Assembly: GCA_022510705.1 (NCBI GenBank)
Contig: JAFLSX010000001.1
Location: 13,736-77,735, forward strand
Direction: 5' to 3'
Length of the DNA stretch: 64,000 nt
Source of the DNA: Lachnospiraceae bacterium
GTDB taxonomy: Bacteria > Bacillota > Clostridia > Lachnospirales > Lachnospiraceae
Positions within the stretch are counted from its first letter, which is position 1. Every line of letters starts with the position of its first letter. Below, one piece after another: positions 28,931 to 37,996 of this stretch. The translations under genes and the position numbers were made by a program. The notes beneath the pieces were generated by a model, which did no database searches, was not told the origin of the DNA, and worked only from the letters and a program-made list of their open reading frames with translations.

Positions 28931-29646
28931 TATTTTTCCCATCCTTTTAAATTGCCGCTTTGAATTGCGGTGAACATTCTTTCCTTTACACCCGGATTCT
29001 CTATATTGATTTGTCTGACTAGTTGCTTGATATATTCCCGCTTTGTGTGTCCGTCCGCAGGACAGGGGCTTTTCACTACAGGAACATCGTATTTGTTGAC
29101 AAAACCAATCACATCAGCTTCATTCATATACATGAGAGGTCGAATAACGAACAATTCGGTTCTGTCAAGATAGGTCACCGGAGCAAAGGTATGAAAACGT
29201 CCTTCATAGATAAGAGACATCATCATAGTTTCCACCACATCATCTTTATGGTGTGCATAGGCTACTTTATTGCAGCCGGCAGCTTTTATTGTGTCATTGA
29301 GAGCGCCTTTTCGCATTTTTGCACATAGTGAGCAGGGATTGGTTTCCTTTCTGTCCTCAAATACAATTTTGGCGATGTCCGTATGGATAATTTGATATTC
29401 TACTTGTAATTCTTCGCACAGAGCTTCAATTCTTTCCAGATTTAGGTTTTTAAATCCTAAATCTACGGTAATGGCTATAATATCAAAATTCAACGGATAG
29501 AAGCGTCGCAATGCCGCAAGCGCGTACAGAAGAGTTAAACTGTCTTTTCCGCCGGAAATACCAATCGCAATCTTATCACCATCCGCGATCATATGATAAT
29601 CGTCTATTGCCTTACGAACTATACTAAGTACCTGCTGCAGTTTCAT
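28930..29646 (-). CDS. ttcA: tRNA 2-thiocytidine biosynthesis TtcA family protein
   Basis: PP-loop SGGKDS, CSLC, AHHKDD, IRPL. Confidence 0.85.
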   Translation of the reverse strand: MKLQQVLSIVRKAIDDYHMIADGDKIAIGISGGKDSLTLLYALAALRRFYPLNFDIIAITVDLGFKNLNLERIEALCEELQVEYQIIHTDIAKIVFEDRKETNPCSLCAKMRKGALNDTIKAAGCNKVAYAHHKDDVVETMMMSLIYEGRFHTFAPVTYLDRTELFVIRPLMYMNEADVIGFVNKYDVPVVKSPCPADGHTKREYIKQLVRQINIENPGVKERMFTAIQSGNLKGWEK

Positions 29647-29798
29647 TTTCTTAATTCCCATCCATTTTTTGATTTTCTTATATTATACTTATTTTTTAAA
29701 TAGATTTCATCTATTTTCATAAAATTCTCTGTTTTTCTTTTCTTTTTCGTGCTATACTTTATAAGAATAAACTAGGATTTTCGAGCAGGAGAATAAAA

Positions 29799-31196
29799 AT
29801 GAAGATTAATATGAATAATAAATATACAAAATGGGGAGTTACCGGCTTCTGTGTAGTAGCCGCAAGTATTTGTTTTTATTATGTAATATTCCATATATCC
29901 AATATTCTTGCAAACCTTAATCGACTGATGAACATTATTATGCCGGTGTTGATAGGTCTGATCATTGCCTATTTATTGGCTCCTGTATTGAATTCATTGG
30001 AAAGAAATATTTTAAATCCGTTGTTTGATACACTTAAAATTGCAAAAAACAAGAAGAGAGATCGATGGGTACGCGGAATAGGAGTGATATTAACATCTGT
30101 TTTGCTTATTCTGATTCTTTATATATTGATAAGTATGTTGATTTCTCAGATTGTACCCAGTATTCAGAATATTGTCAAAGAATTTGATACTTATGTCAAT
30201 AATCTGTCTTCCTGGTTGAACAAAATGTTGGAAGATAATCCGGATTTAAGAAATTATGTATTACCTCAAGTAAATAACATATCTCAGGAAGTGGAAGATT
30301 GGCTGGCTGACACGGCAAATTGGCTCGATAAGTCCGGCGAGGTTTTAAAAACAGTTTCCATGAGTATTATAAACATCCTGAAATTTGTATGGAACTTTGT
30401 GATTGGCTTTATCATTTCCATTTATGTGCTCTGCAGCAAGGAAACCTTTGCATCTCAAGGAAAAAAGGTCATTTATGCATCTTTTGATAGAAGCACGGCA
30501 AATACGATATTAAGAGGATTTCGTTTTGTACACCATACCTTCAGCGGTTTTATCAGCGGTAAGGTATTGGATTCCGTTATTATCGGACTGCTGTGTTTTA
30601 TCGGCACTACCTTGTTGAATATACCCTATGCCATGTTGGTAAGCGTGATTGTAGGTGTTACCAATATTATTCCGTTTTTTGGACCGTATCTGGGTGCAAT
30701 TCCCAGTGCATTCCTGATTTTGCTGGTAGATTTAGCTCATCCGCAGAAATGTCTGTATTTCATTATTTTTATTCTGGTTTTACAGCAGTTTGACGGGAAT
30801 GTATTGGGACCTAAGATTCTGGGAGATTCCACGGGATTATCCAGCTTTTGGGTTATCTTTGCGATCACTGTTTTCGGAGGTATGTTTGGCATCCCGGGCA
30901 TGATCATCGGTGTTCCGGTTTTTGCGGTTATTTTTGCAAGCGTAAAATATTCCGTAAACCGTTCTCTGCAAAAGAAAGAACTGCCTATAGATTCTACCCT
31001 CTATCTGGATATGTCATCTATCGATGAAAAAATGAACTTTTGTAAGGAAGAGGAGAGTAGTCCGGCTCAACATAAGAATACTATTATAGGGAAATCCACT
31101 GTACTTCGTTTGATCAAAAAAATAAAGAAAAATAATAGCGATAAAAAGGCTGGATCAGTAAAAAAGAGTGATTTAAACAAGGAAGATGGAAAATAA
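29799..31196 (+). CDS. AI-2E (PerM) family transporter
   Basis: AYLLAP, NIIPFFGPYLG, QQFDGNVLGPKILG, GMIIGVP. Confidence 0.9.
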   Translation: MKINMNNKYTKWGVTGFCVVAASICFYYVIFHISNILANLNRLMNIIMPVLIGLIIAYLLAPVLNSLERNILNPLFDTLKIAKNKKRDRWVRGIGVILTSVLLILILYILISMLISQIVPSIQNIVKEFDTYVNNLSSWLNKMLEDNPDLRNYVLPQVNNISQEVEDWLADTANWLDKSGEVLKTVSMSIINILKFVWNFVIGFIISIYVLCSKETFASQGKKVIYASFDRSTANTILRGFRFVHHTFSGFISGKVLDSVIIGLLCFIGTTLLNIPYAMLVSVIVGVTNIIPFFGPYLGAIPSAFLILLVDLAHPQKCLYFIIFILVLQQFDGNVLGPKILGDSTGLSSFWVIFAITVFGGMFGIPGMIIGVPVFAVIFASVKYSVNRSLQKKELPIDSTLYLDMSSIDEKMNFCKEEESSPAQHKNTIIGKSTVLRLIKKIKKNNSDKKAGSVKKSDLNKEDGK

Positions 31197-31223
31197 AACC
31201 AAAGAATAAGGCGGAATATCTGC

Positions 31224-31676
31224 ATGAAATTTGTGATACAGAGAGTTTTATCTGCAAGCGTAGCCGTTGATGGGAAAGTAGTAGGAGAGATTGGTCAGGG
31301 ATATCTGGTTTTTATCGGTATCTGCAACACGGACACAGAGCAAATTGCAGATAAGATGGTAAAAAAGCTGATTGACTTAAGAATATTTGAGGATTCGGAA
31401 GGCAAGACCAATCTAAATTTAAAGGCTGTATCCGGTGGGCTGTTGTTGGTTTCTCAATTTACTTTATATGCGGACTGTAAAAAAGGAAATCGGCCCTCTT
31501 TTATTCGCGCAGGCGCTCCGGAAATGGCCAATTCCTTATATGAATATATAATTGAAGTATGTAAAAAAGAAGTATGCAAAGTGGAATGCGGAATCTTCGG
31601 CGCAGATATGAAGATAGAACTGCTAAATGACGGACCTTTTACCATTTTGTTGGATTCGGAAGAAATCTGTAAATAG
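31224..31676 (+). CDS. dtd: D-aminoacyl-tRNA deacylase
   Basis: VIQRV, SQFTL, GNRPSF, NDGPFT. Confidence 0.96.
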   Translation: MKFVIQRVLSASVAVDGKVVGEIGQGYLVFIGICNTDTEQIADKMVKKLIDLRIFEDSEGKTNLNLKAVSGGLLLVSQFTLYADCKKGNRPSFIRAGAPEMANSLYEYIIEVCKKEVCKVECGIFGADMKIELLNDGPFTILLDSEEICK

Positions 31677-31697
31677 TCATTATTAAGAGGATTTACT

Positions 31698-33236
31698 ATG
31701 GTATATTTTTTCCTGACCTTGATAGTTACCTTATTGGTTACGTTAATGTTTCCGCTGATCACCTGGATTACGTTTTTGGCAAATGTACCACTATTTGTAT
31801 ACGTTCCGGTTCAATTACTTCTCAGTTTTGCCGTCATGTGTGGATACGGATATATGATCACAAAAGTGAAACATCCCCGTAAACCGGCCAGTATGATGGC
31901 GATATATCTTCCGTTGTTTCTGCCGTTTATATGGCATTTAATATGCAGGGGTATTTGTAATATACAGAATTTATCCGGCAGCTTGTTTGAAGTTTTGCTT
32001 GGATTTGTCAGCTTTCATCTATTTGGTGTTTTGGTTTCTCCGCAAATACCCGGATTCAACCAGTGGCATTCCATACTGCTTGTGAATCTGTTTTATGATT
32101 GTATCCTCATTCTAGGTTTTGCAGCGGGAGAGAGGCTTTCGGCAAAAAGAACGGAAGTGGAGCGTAAACCCTTTGCTTATCATAAAAAAGTCATTGCTGC
32201 AGTTCTTATTCTTGTTTTTTCTGCTTATGCGTTAAGCGAATATGTTCTTTTTAAGCAGCGTGAAAATATTGTGGAATCGGCACATCCTTCCTATAACTTT
32301 GCTTATGCGGGAGGGTATTCCAGCATTGATCTGCGTCCTTATTCCGTGGAAAATGAAGAAAATATTCTGGCCAAATTGGAAGAACCTTCTATCGTTATCA
32401 TAACAGACCCGCAGGAAATGCCCATAATGGATGGAGCAGAAGCAGCCTATCCGGTCTATTCTGCCTTTGCAAACGCCTGCTATGAGAATATTGCAGAGAT
32501 TCAGGAAAAAGCAGGTGAATCAAAGGACAATATCATGCCGATTCAGTTTACTAACACCATCTATGCCTATGAAAAGCTATTATCAGGAGAAATTGATATA
32601 TTCTTCGGCGCAAGACCTTCCGAAGCACAGTTTAAAATGGCAGAAGAGGCAGGCGTAGAACTGGAACTGACACCGATTGGGAAAGAGGCCTTTGTTTTCT
32701 TTGTAAACGAAGAAAATCCTGTGAACACTTTAAGTTCCGATCAGCTCCGTGCTATTTACTCCGGAGAAATTAACAATTGGAACAAAGTAGGCGGTACAAA
32801 TCAAAGGATTCTTGCCTTTCAGCGTCCGAAAAATTCCGGTTCCCAGACCATGATGGAATATTTTATGGGTGATACGCCTTTAAGGGAACCATTGGAAATA
32901 GAATATGATGCGGGTATGGGTGATATTATAAGAGATGTGGCTGACTACGAAAACAGTGCTTCCGCCTTAGGATACAGTTTTCGGTATTATACTACCATAA
33001 TGTTTGCTGATACGGACGAAGGGGTACCCGGTATTAAGCTTCTTGCAGTGGATGGCGTCTATCCGGATACGGCAACCATTCAATCCGGAGAATATCCCTA
33101 TACAACACAGCTTTACGCTATAACCGTAGTAGGCCGCGCGGATGCAAAGAGCACTCTGGAACCTTTTCTTACATGGATGATTGGACCGCAAGGACAACAG
33201 ATTGTGTCAGATACAGGATATGTGGCTATAAAATAA
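31698..33236 (+). CDS. PstS-like (PBP2-fold) binding protein fused to a multi-TM N-terminal domain
   Basis: About 5 hydrophobic segments, then DGAEAAYP, EAFVFFVN..NPV, IYSGEI.NW, QRPKNSGSQT, GYSFRYY, GEYP. Confidence 0.75.
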   Translation: MVYFFLTLIVTLLVTLMFPLITWITFLANVPLFVYVPVQLLLSFAVMCGYGYMITKVKHPRKPASMMAIYLPLFLPFIWHLICRGICNIQNLSGSLFEVLLGFVSFHLFGVLVSPQIPGFNQWHSILLVNLFYDCILILGFAAGERLSAKRTEVERKPFAYHKKVIAAVLILVFSAYALSEYVLFKQRENIVESAHPSYNFAYAGGYSSIDLRPYSVENEENILAKLEEPSIVIITDPQEMPIMDGAEAAYPVYSAFANACYENIAEIQEKAGESKDNIMPIQFTNTIYAYEKLLSGEIDIFFGARPSEAQFKMAEEAGVELELTPIGKEAFVFFVNEENPVNTLSSDQLRAIYSGEINNWNKVGGTNQRILAFQRPKNSGSQTMMEYFMGDTPLREPLEIEYDAGMGDIIRDVADYENSASALGYSFRYYTTIMFADTDEGVPGIKLLAVDGVYPDTATIQSGEYPYTTQLYAITVVGRADAKSTLEPFLTWMIGPQGQQIVSDTGYVAIK

Positions 33237-33266
33237 AGTGATTCATAAAAATGTCGGAGAAGCAAA

Positions 33267-33986
33267 ATGGAACCCCAGACAAAAACACGTCTTCTATATG
33301 AATGGAACACAAAATATAATAAACTGGATTTTGCAATTACAGAGGCAGAATTTCAACTTGCCAGTGTCAATAAACGTTTGCGGATGCTGTGGTATGATCT
33401 TGCCGCCTATATTGGTATGATCATCGTTCCCTGGTTGATATGTCAATTACTGTCATTGATACCGGAGAATGCTACCTCCTTTATTTCGGTTATATTATCA
33501 GGAATGAGTGGTATCATAATGATGTTATTTTCGTTTTCGCTGCCGATATTAGTATATTATCTTATGAAATCGGTTTTGATGTTAATTCTTAACAGTGAAA
33601 GTAAGGCTGAATCAGAGTTTTCACCACCAAAGCTGCAAGGGTTACGGCATGGGGCAAAGATTGAGCCTGAGAAAACCTATCGCATTGAACAGAAAAAATT
33701 GGTATATGTACTGAGCCGTTATTATCTAAGCAGAGATGCTTTGAATGAATTATATAAGGAGTTGGATTCTGATGCATGTACCATTACTTTAGAAGAATTA
33801 AATGATATATTTAAACAATATCCGCTCTATGAAGATATTCGACCTGCCAGTGCAACCGTATTATGGAAGAAATGGAGAAAAAACGGACTGGTTATTATGG
33901 TGTTTGCTATTATTATAGGCGCCTTAATAATATGGGCGCTTATGGGGTATTTATCACAGGTTGGGAATCTAACGATAGCCAATTAA
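33267..33986 (+). CDS. Hypothetical membrane protein
   Basis: 239-aa ORF with RBS and three hydrophobic segments; no recognised motif. Confidence 0.65.
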   Translation: MEPQTKTRLLYEWNTKYNKLDFAITEAEFQLASVNKRLRMLWYDLAAYIGMIIVPWLICQLLSLIPENATSFISVILSGMSGIIMMLFSFSLPILVYYLMKSVLMLILNSESKAESEFSPPKLQGLRHGAKIEPEKTYRIEQKKLVYVLSRYYLSRDALNELYKELDSDACTITLEELNDIFKQYPLYEDIRPASATVLWKKWRKNGLVIMVFAIIIGALIIWALMGYLSQVGNLTIAN

Positions 33987-34095
33987 TAATATTTTATTCT
34001 ATATTATTGTTTCTTACAATATCTATTCGTTAAAGCCGCATTTTGCGCATAGTTGCATTTCTGCTCTTCAGTACCGATCGATCTATTATAAAAGC

Positions 34096-34134
34096 AAAAA
34101 CCCAAGCCAATTTTAAGGCCTGGGTTTTGTTTTT
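34096..34134. terminator. Probable bidirectional terminator overlapping the blaI-like stop codon
   Basis: AAAACCCAAGCC...GGCCTGGGTTTT between convergent genes. Confidence 0.5.
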
Positions 34135-34496
34135 GATTGTTCTAAGATTTCATAGAGTTCCCGGATTTCTTCTTCCGACAATGCTTGTTTTTGCGTCATT
34201 GCGCTGACCATGAGGCTGACGCTGCCTTTATAGACACGATTTAGAAAGTTTTCGGTTTCTGTCTTTACGGCATCATCCCGGTTTATACAAGGACTGTACA
34301 TACGTATTTTTTCACTATTTTCACAGGAAATCAGATTTTTTTCAGTCATTCTCTTTAACATGGTCAATGTGGTGCTTTTTGACCAACCGATGCGTGTATG
34401 TAAGGTATCTACGATTTCTCTGCCTGCCTGTGGAGCTTTTTCCCATAAGCAATCCATCACGTTCCATTCTGCATTTGTTAAGTTCATATTAGACAT
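34113..34496 (-). CDS. BlaI/MecI/CopY family transcriptional repressor
   Basis: LTNAEWNVMDCLW, WSKSTTLTMLKRM..K, FLNRVYKGS, LS.EEI.EL. Confidence 0.93.
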   Translation of the reverse strand: MSNMNLTNAEWNVMDCLWEKAPQAGREIVDTLHTRIGWSKSTTLTMLKRMTEKNLISCENSEKIRMYSPCINRDDAVKTETENFLNRVYKGSVSLMVSAMTQKQALSEEEIRELYEILEQSKTKPRP

Positions 34497-34515
34497 TTGA
34501 TATTTTCCTCCCGTT

Positions 34516-37266
34516 TTATTCTTCTTTAAACTGTTTTAACAATACTTCCAGTTCCTGTTTTTCCTTACGCAGTTTTTCATATTCCATACTTAATAGTTCA
34601 AGTTGTTTTTGAGTGTTTTCTCCCTCTGGTTGTTGACCTAATGCTTCTATTTGCTTATCTAATTCTTTTATTTGCTTATCTAATACTTCTATCTGCGTAT
34701 TTAATAACGCCAATGCCTGTTTATTTGCTTCTTCTTTTATTTGCATGAATTTAGCCATTTCTACTTCGGCAGAAATTTCATAATTGAAATTTACATAATA
34801 AAGAAGCAAATCACTTGTAAACGCAATATTTCCGGGCGTGGCGTCATTACTTCCGCCATTAAAGCATCTGTCATATTCCCAGTCATAGATAACGCAGTTT
34901 CCATAGTCAAATTGATACCAGCCATCTCCCATATCCCTCATACCACCGGCCCAGAACGTACCTTCGTCGAGATCGTTTACGTCAATATTTTCGTCTAATT
35001 TACAATAATAGTCATAGCGGTAGACATCCAATGTGTGCCCTCCCATCCTGTAGGTACCGTAAAAATCAATATAAGTAATCTTCCAATCCACCCACGGTAT
35101 ATTTCGCTGTTCCTGTTCTGTATTCACATTAGCTTCCACACACTGCACAGCATATTCTACGATATCATACTTCATGGTTAAAGCATTTTCAGGCACTTTT
35201 TCTAACGTCTCCGGTTGATTGCGCATATATTCACTGTAAGTCATGCTTCTGTTTGCAGGCGGCATATTCCACCAATAGGTTACTTCCCATCCTAATTCAT
35301 TTACAAGAGCTAAAGCGTTTCCTTCCAGATAAGGTGTAATTCCGTTAAACTTATACAGCAAGGCATTGTATAGCGCTTCCTGCAGAGTTTCCTCGGAATT
35401 TGCTGAACCGAAAGCATCATCCCAATACCATATGGCAAAGGCGTTAGGTTTAAGAACATTGTTCTCATAATAGGTAGTAAATAGAACCTTACCAAAGATA
35501 CTGGTATCCATGATGATTACTGCTTTATCCAGATACTCTTTTAACTCCATTGTATAGGCAATCATATCTTCTATCGGAAACTTTTCAGCCATATACTCAT
35601 ACGGGCTCATCCATGTTAGCTCGGGACTGTATGGAATCGCTAAAAAATTTAAATTATTTTCTGCAACCGTTTTTTGTTTCCAATCATTTGTATAGGTAAA
35701 TACCAGATATTGATAAGCGACTGCATCCTGACCGAAATAGGGGCAATTGTAAATCAAATATCCTCTTCCGTTCTCTTCATAATAGCTGTATTGCATGTTG
35801 CCGGCATGTGCCTGTCCCGGGTCAAAAGTGGCAATCAGGGCATCTTCATTTAGCTCGTCTCCCACCCTGAAGCTCTGCATATCGGCCGCACGCGCGCCAT
35901 CATAGAGCGCAATCTGATAATAGCCGGCTGTATTCCCTTCCACCGCTTTACGCAGGGCTTCACTTTCTGTTAAGGAATCGTCCAAGGGGGCATCATTTAT
36001 ATTGCTTAACCGAAGAATATCAGTGATTCCGTCACCATTCATATCTACAAGAAAATCGTTGATAAAGAGTCCGTCCTCGGTAATCAGGGGAATATTATCT
36101 GCAGGTTCTTCGGCTATATCTTCTGCCGGTGTTTCAGACGGATTGCCTGCCAGTGTTTCAGAAATCACAACGGATTCATCATCTATTGGCGCAGCAGACT
36201 TCTCTTTCCCGGTAAAGGTAAAGATAAGAGCCGTAATACACAGAACAATAACCGCTGCAGTAGAAAAGATAAATAGCTGAGGTCTCCCGGCAATACGGCT
36301 AATGCGTTCTTTTAAATATTTTTTCCCGCCGCCCAAAGTGGTGGCACAACTTATGACGGATTGATAATCCGCATTTTTTAAGGAAAGGGAAATCAAGACC
36401 TTTCCGTACTCTTCCGCTTCTTCTGCGCTAAACTGGCGGATAAGGCTTTCATCACAGAATAACTCCGCATCCTGTTTACTGAAATATGCGGCTATCCATA
36501 CGAAGGGATTATACCAATGCAGGATCAGGCATAAGCTCCTGAAAAAGGCCCAAATATTGTCCCTATGGCGGTAATGTATATTTTCGTGTTTTATAATATA
36601 AGATAGGGTGACCTTATCTTCCGTATCCCGGCTTCTTACATAGACAGCGGGATGAATAAGGCCAAACATGCAAGGAATGGGAACATTTTCGGAGATATAA
36701 ACGGGCAAAGGTTGTCGATTTTGCAAGATTTCCGTCATTTTCCGTGATTTTTTGACTTTATTGACAAAATAAAGGTTGGAACCTGCAATCACCAGTAATA
36801 CTACTGTCATACCGCTCATCCAAAGGATAAATAACAGTCTCTGTGACGTTAAGTCATCAACTTTTATAGCTAGACCATTATTTATATCCTGAGGCTCATG
36901 ATCACTTTGGTATATGGTGCTATTGTTTACACCCCCGGCCGGTATGTACTGATACTGAGAATAGTCTGACGGTATGTACTGATGCGGCGAAGGTAAAGTT
37001 TCGGAAAACATTTCTTCCACCGCTGAATTAGGCAGCATATCAAGCGGTGCTGTTTGAACCGCAGTCTCCTGCCCCGGAATAAGATTCAAAAGACTGAAGC
37101 TGCTGTTAAAGAAAGAAAATGGCAGTAAAAGACGCAGTAAAACCAAAAACCAGATACTGTATCTGACTTTTGCGGACAATCTCTTTTTATAGACCAGCCG
37201 AATCAGCAATATCAACAATATGAATATACTTGAGGTCAGCATCCATTCCCACACATTCAGTCTCAT
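34516..37266 (-). CDS. BlaR1-like M56 metallopeptidase sensor-transducer with an atypical C-terminal extracellular region
   Basis: RYSIWFLVLLRLLLP, HENIH zinc motif, HWYNPFVW, ELFCD, LKERI; start MRLNVW with RBS ggagg. Confidence 0.9.
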   Translation of the reverse strand: MRLNVWEWMLTSSIFILLILLIRLVYKKRLSAKVRYSIWFLVLLRLLLPFSFFNSSFSLLNLIPGQETAVQTAPLDMLPNSAVEEMFSETLPSPHQYIPSDYSQYQYIPAGGVNNSTIYQSDHEPQDINNGLAIKVDDLTSQRLLFILWMSGMTVVLLVIAGSNLYFVNKVKKSRKMTEILQNRQPLPVYISENVPIPCMFGLIHPAVYVRSRDTEDKVTLSYIIKHENIHYRHRDNIWAFFRSLCLILHWYNPFVWIAAYFSKQDAELFCDESLIRQFSAEEAEEYGKVLISLSLKNADYQSVISCATTLGGGKKYLKERISRIAGRPQLFIFSTAAVIVLCITALIFTFTGKEKSAAPIDDESVVISETLAGNPSETPAEDIAEEPADNIPLITEDGLFINDFLVDMNGDGITDILRLSNINDAPLDDSLTESEALRKAVEGNTAGYYQIALYDGARAADMQSFRVGDELNEDALIATFDPGQAHAGNMQYSYYEENGRGYLIYNCPYFGQDAVAYQYLVFTYTNDWKQKTVAENNLNFLAIPYSPELTWMSPYEYMAEKFPIEDMIAYTMELKEYLDKAVIIMDTSIFGKVLFTTYYENNVLKPNAFAIWYWDDAFGSANSEETLQEALYNALLYKFNGITPYLEGNALALVNELGWEVTYWWNMPPANRSMTYSEYMRNQPETLEKVPENALTMKYDIVEYAVQCVEANVNTEQEQRNIPWVDWKITYIDFYGTYRMGGHTLDVYRYDYYCKLDENIDVNDLDEGTFWAGGMRDMGDGWYQFDYGNCVIYDWEYDRCFNGGSNDATPGNIAFTSDLLLYYVNFNYEISAEVEMAKFMQIKEEANKQALALLNTQIEVLDKQIKELDKQIEALGQQPEGENTQKQLELLSMEYEKLRKEKQELEVLLKQFKEE
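34648..34684. repeat. 21-bp-period (one heptad) tandem duplication in the BlaR-like C-terminal coiled coil
   Basis: TATTTGCTTATCTAAT at 34648 and 34669; encodes LDKQIKELDKQIE. Confidence 0.75.
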
Positions 37267-37335
37267 AGTCTTCTCTCTCCTCCTTGGCAGTAATTCTACC
37301 ATGTGCATAGAAATTTTATGGTATATAAACAAAAA

Positions 37336-37386
37336 TAGTTTACATTGTAGACTCATTATAACACACTTAGTCTACAATGTAAACTA
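37336..37386 (-). promoter_or_regulatory. Promoter of the blaR-blaI-like operon bracketed by two operator sites
   Basis: Perfect 18-bp IR TAGTTTACATTGTAGACT (37336-37353) / AGTCTACAATGTAAACTA (37369-37386); minus strand TTTACA-17-TATAAT (37378-37383, 37355-37360). Confidence 0.85.
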
Positions 37387-37441
37387 CAATTTATTTTTAA
37401 TAGATAAAATCCGTGGTGATTATCAGCATTTCCAGTCTGTT

Positions 37442-37996
37442 TTATAATTTTCCTTCCGAAAAGAAATAGGCTGCAATCTGCGCACGGGAACTGAATTCCT
37501 CCGTTTCCAAAAGGGCCGCCACCTCTTCTTTTGTGTAAAGAGCAGCCTGAATTTCTTCGTTGTCCGAGGAATGATCGCTGAACTCTCCTTCCACCTCTAC
37601 AAATGCAATCTGGTTCTTGATATCGGAAATGGATACAGCAGCAAAGGCCGCCGGGAGGATCTTATGAATCTTTTTGAGGCGAAGTCCGGTTTCCTCATAC
37701 AACTCCCTGCGAATACAATCCTCTATGCTCTCTCCTTCTTCCAGCATGCCGGCGCATAGATTGTAAATACTCCTGCCTACTGCCATGCGGAATTCTTTTA
37801 AAAGCAGCAATTTTTCGTCACAAATGGCTACAATGGATATGCCACTGCTTTTTCTGCCTATATCGGAGAAACTGTAAAGTTCCTTATGGCTGACTATTTC
37901 GTAATACTTTTCTTTCCCTGCCTTGTTTAAATAAGTCAGTTCATAATGCTTTAAATAGCGTCCGCTCCAGACTTTTTTCAGGTTCAGAAATTTCAT
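37442..37996 (-). CDS. NUDIX hydrolase (ADP-ribose pyrophosphatase-like)
   Basis: Nudix box GMLEEGESIEDCIRRELYEETG. Confidence 0.9.
   Translation of the reverse strand: MKFLNLKKVWSGRYLKHYELTYLNKAGKEKYYEIVSHKELYSFSDIGRKSSGISIVAICDEKLLLLKEFRMAVGRSIYNLCAGMLEEGESIEDCIRRELYEETGLRLKKIHKILPAAFAAVSISDIKNQIAFVEVEGEFSDHSSDNEEIQAALYTKEEVAALLETEEFSSRAQIAAYFFSEGKL

Noticed and set aside
34113-37266. Beta-lactam resistance locus
   Set aside because: No beta-lactamase or alternative PBP is adjacent and no penicillin-binding sensor domain was recognised.
37267-37356. N-terminal extension of the M56 protein in the ORF track
   Set aside because: It begins inside the operator/promoter; a strong RBS precedes ATG 37266.
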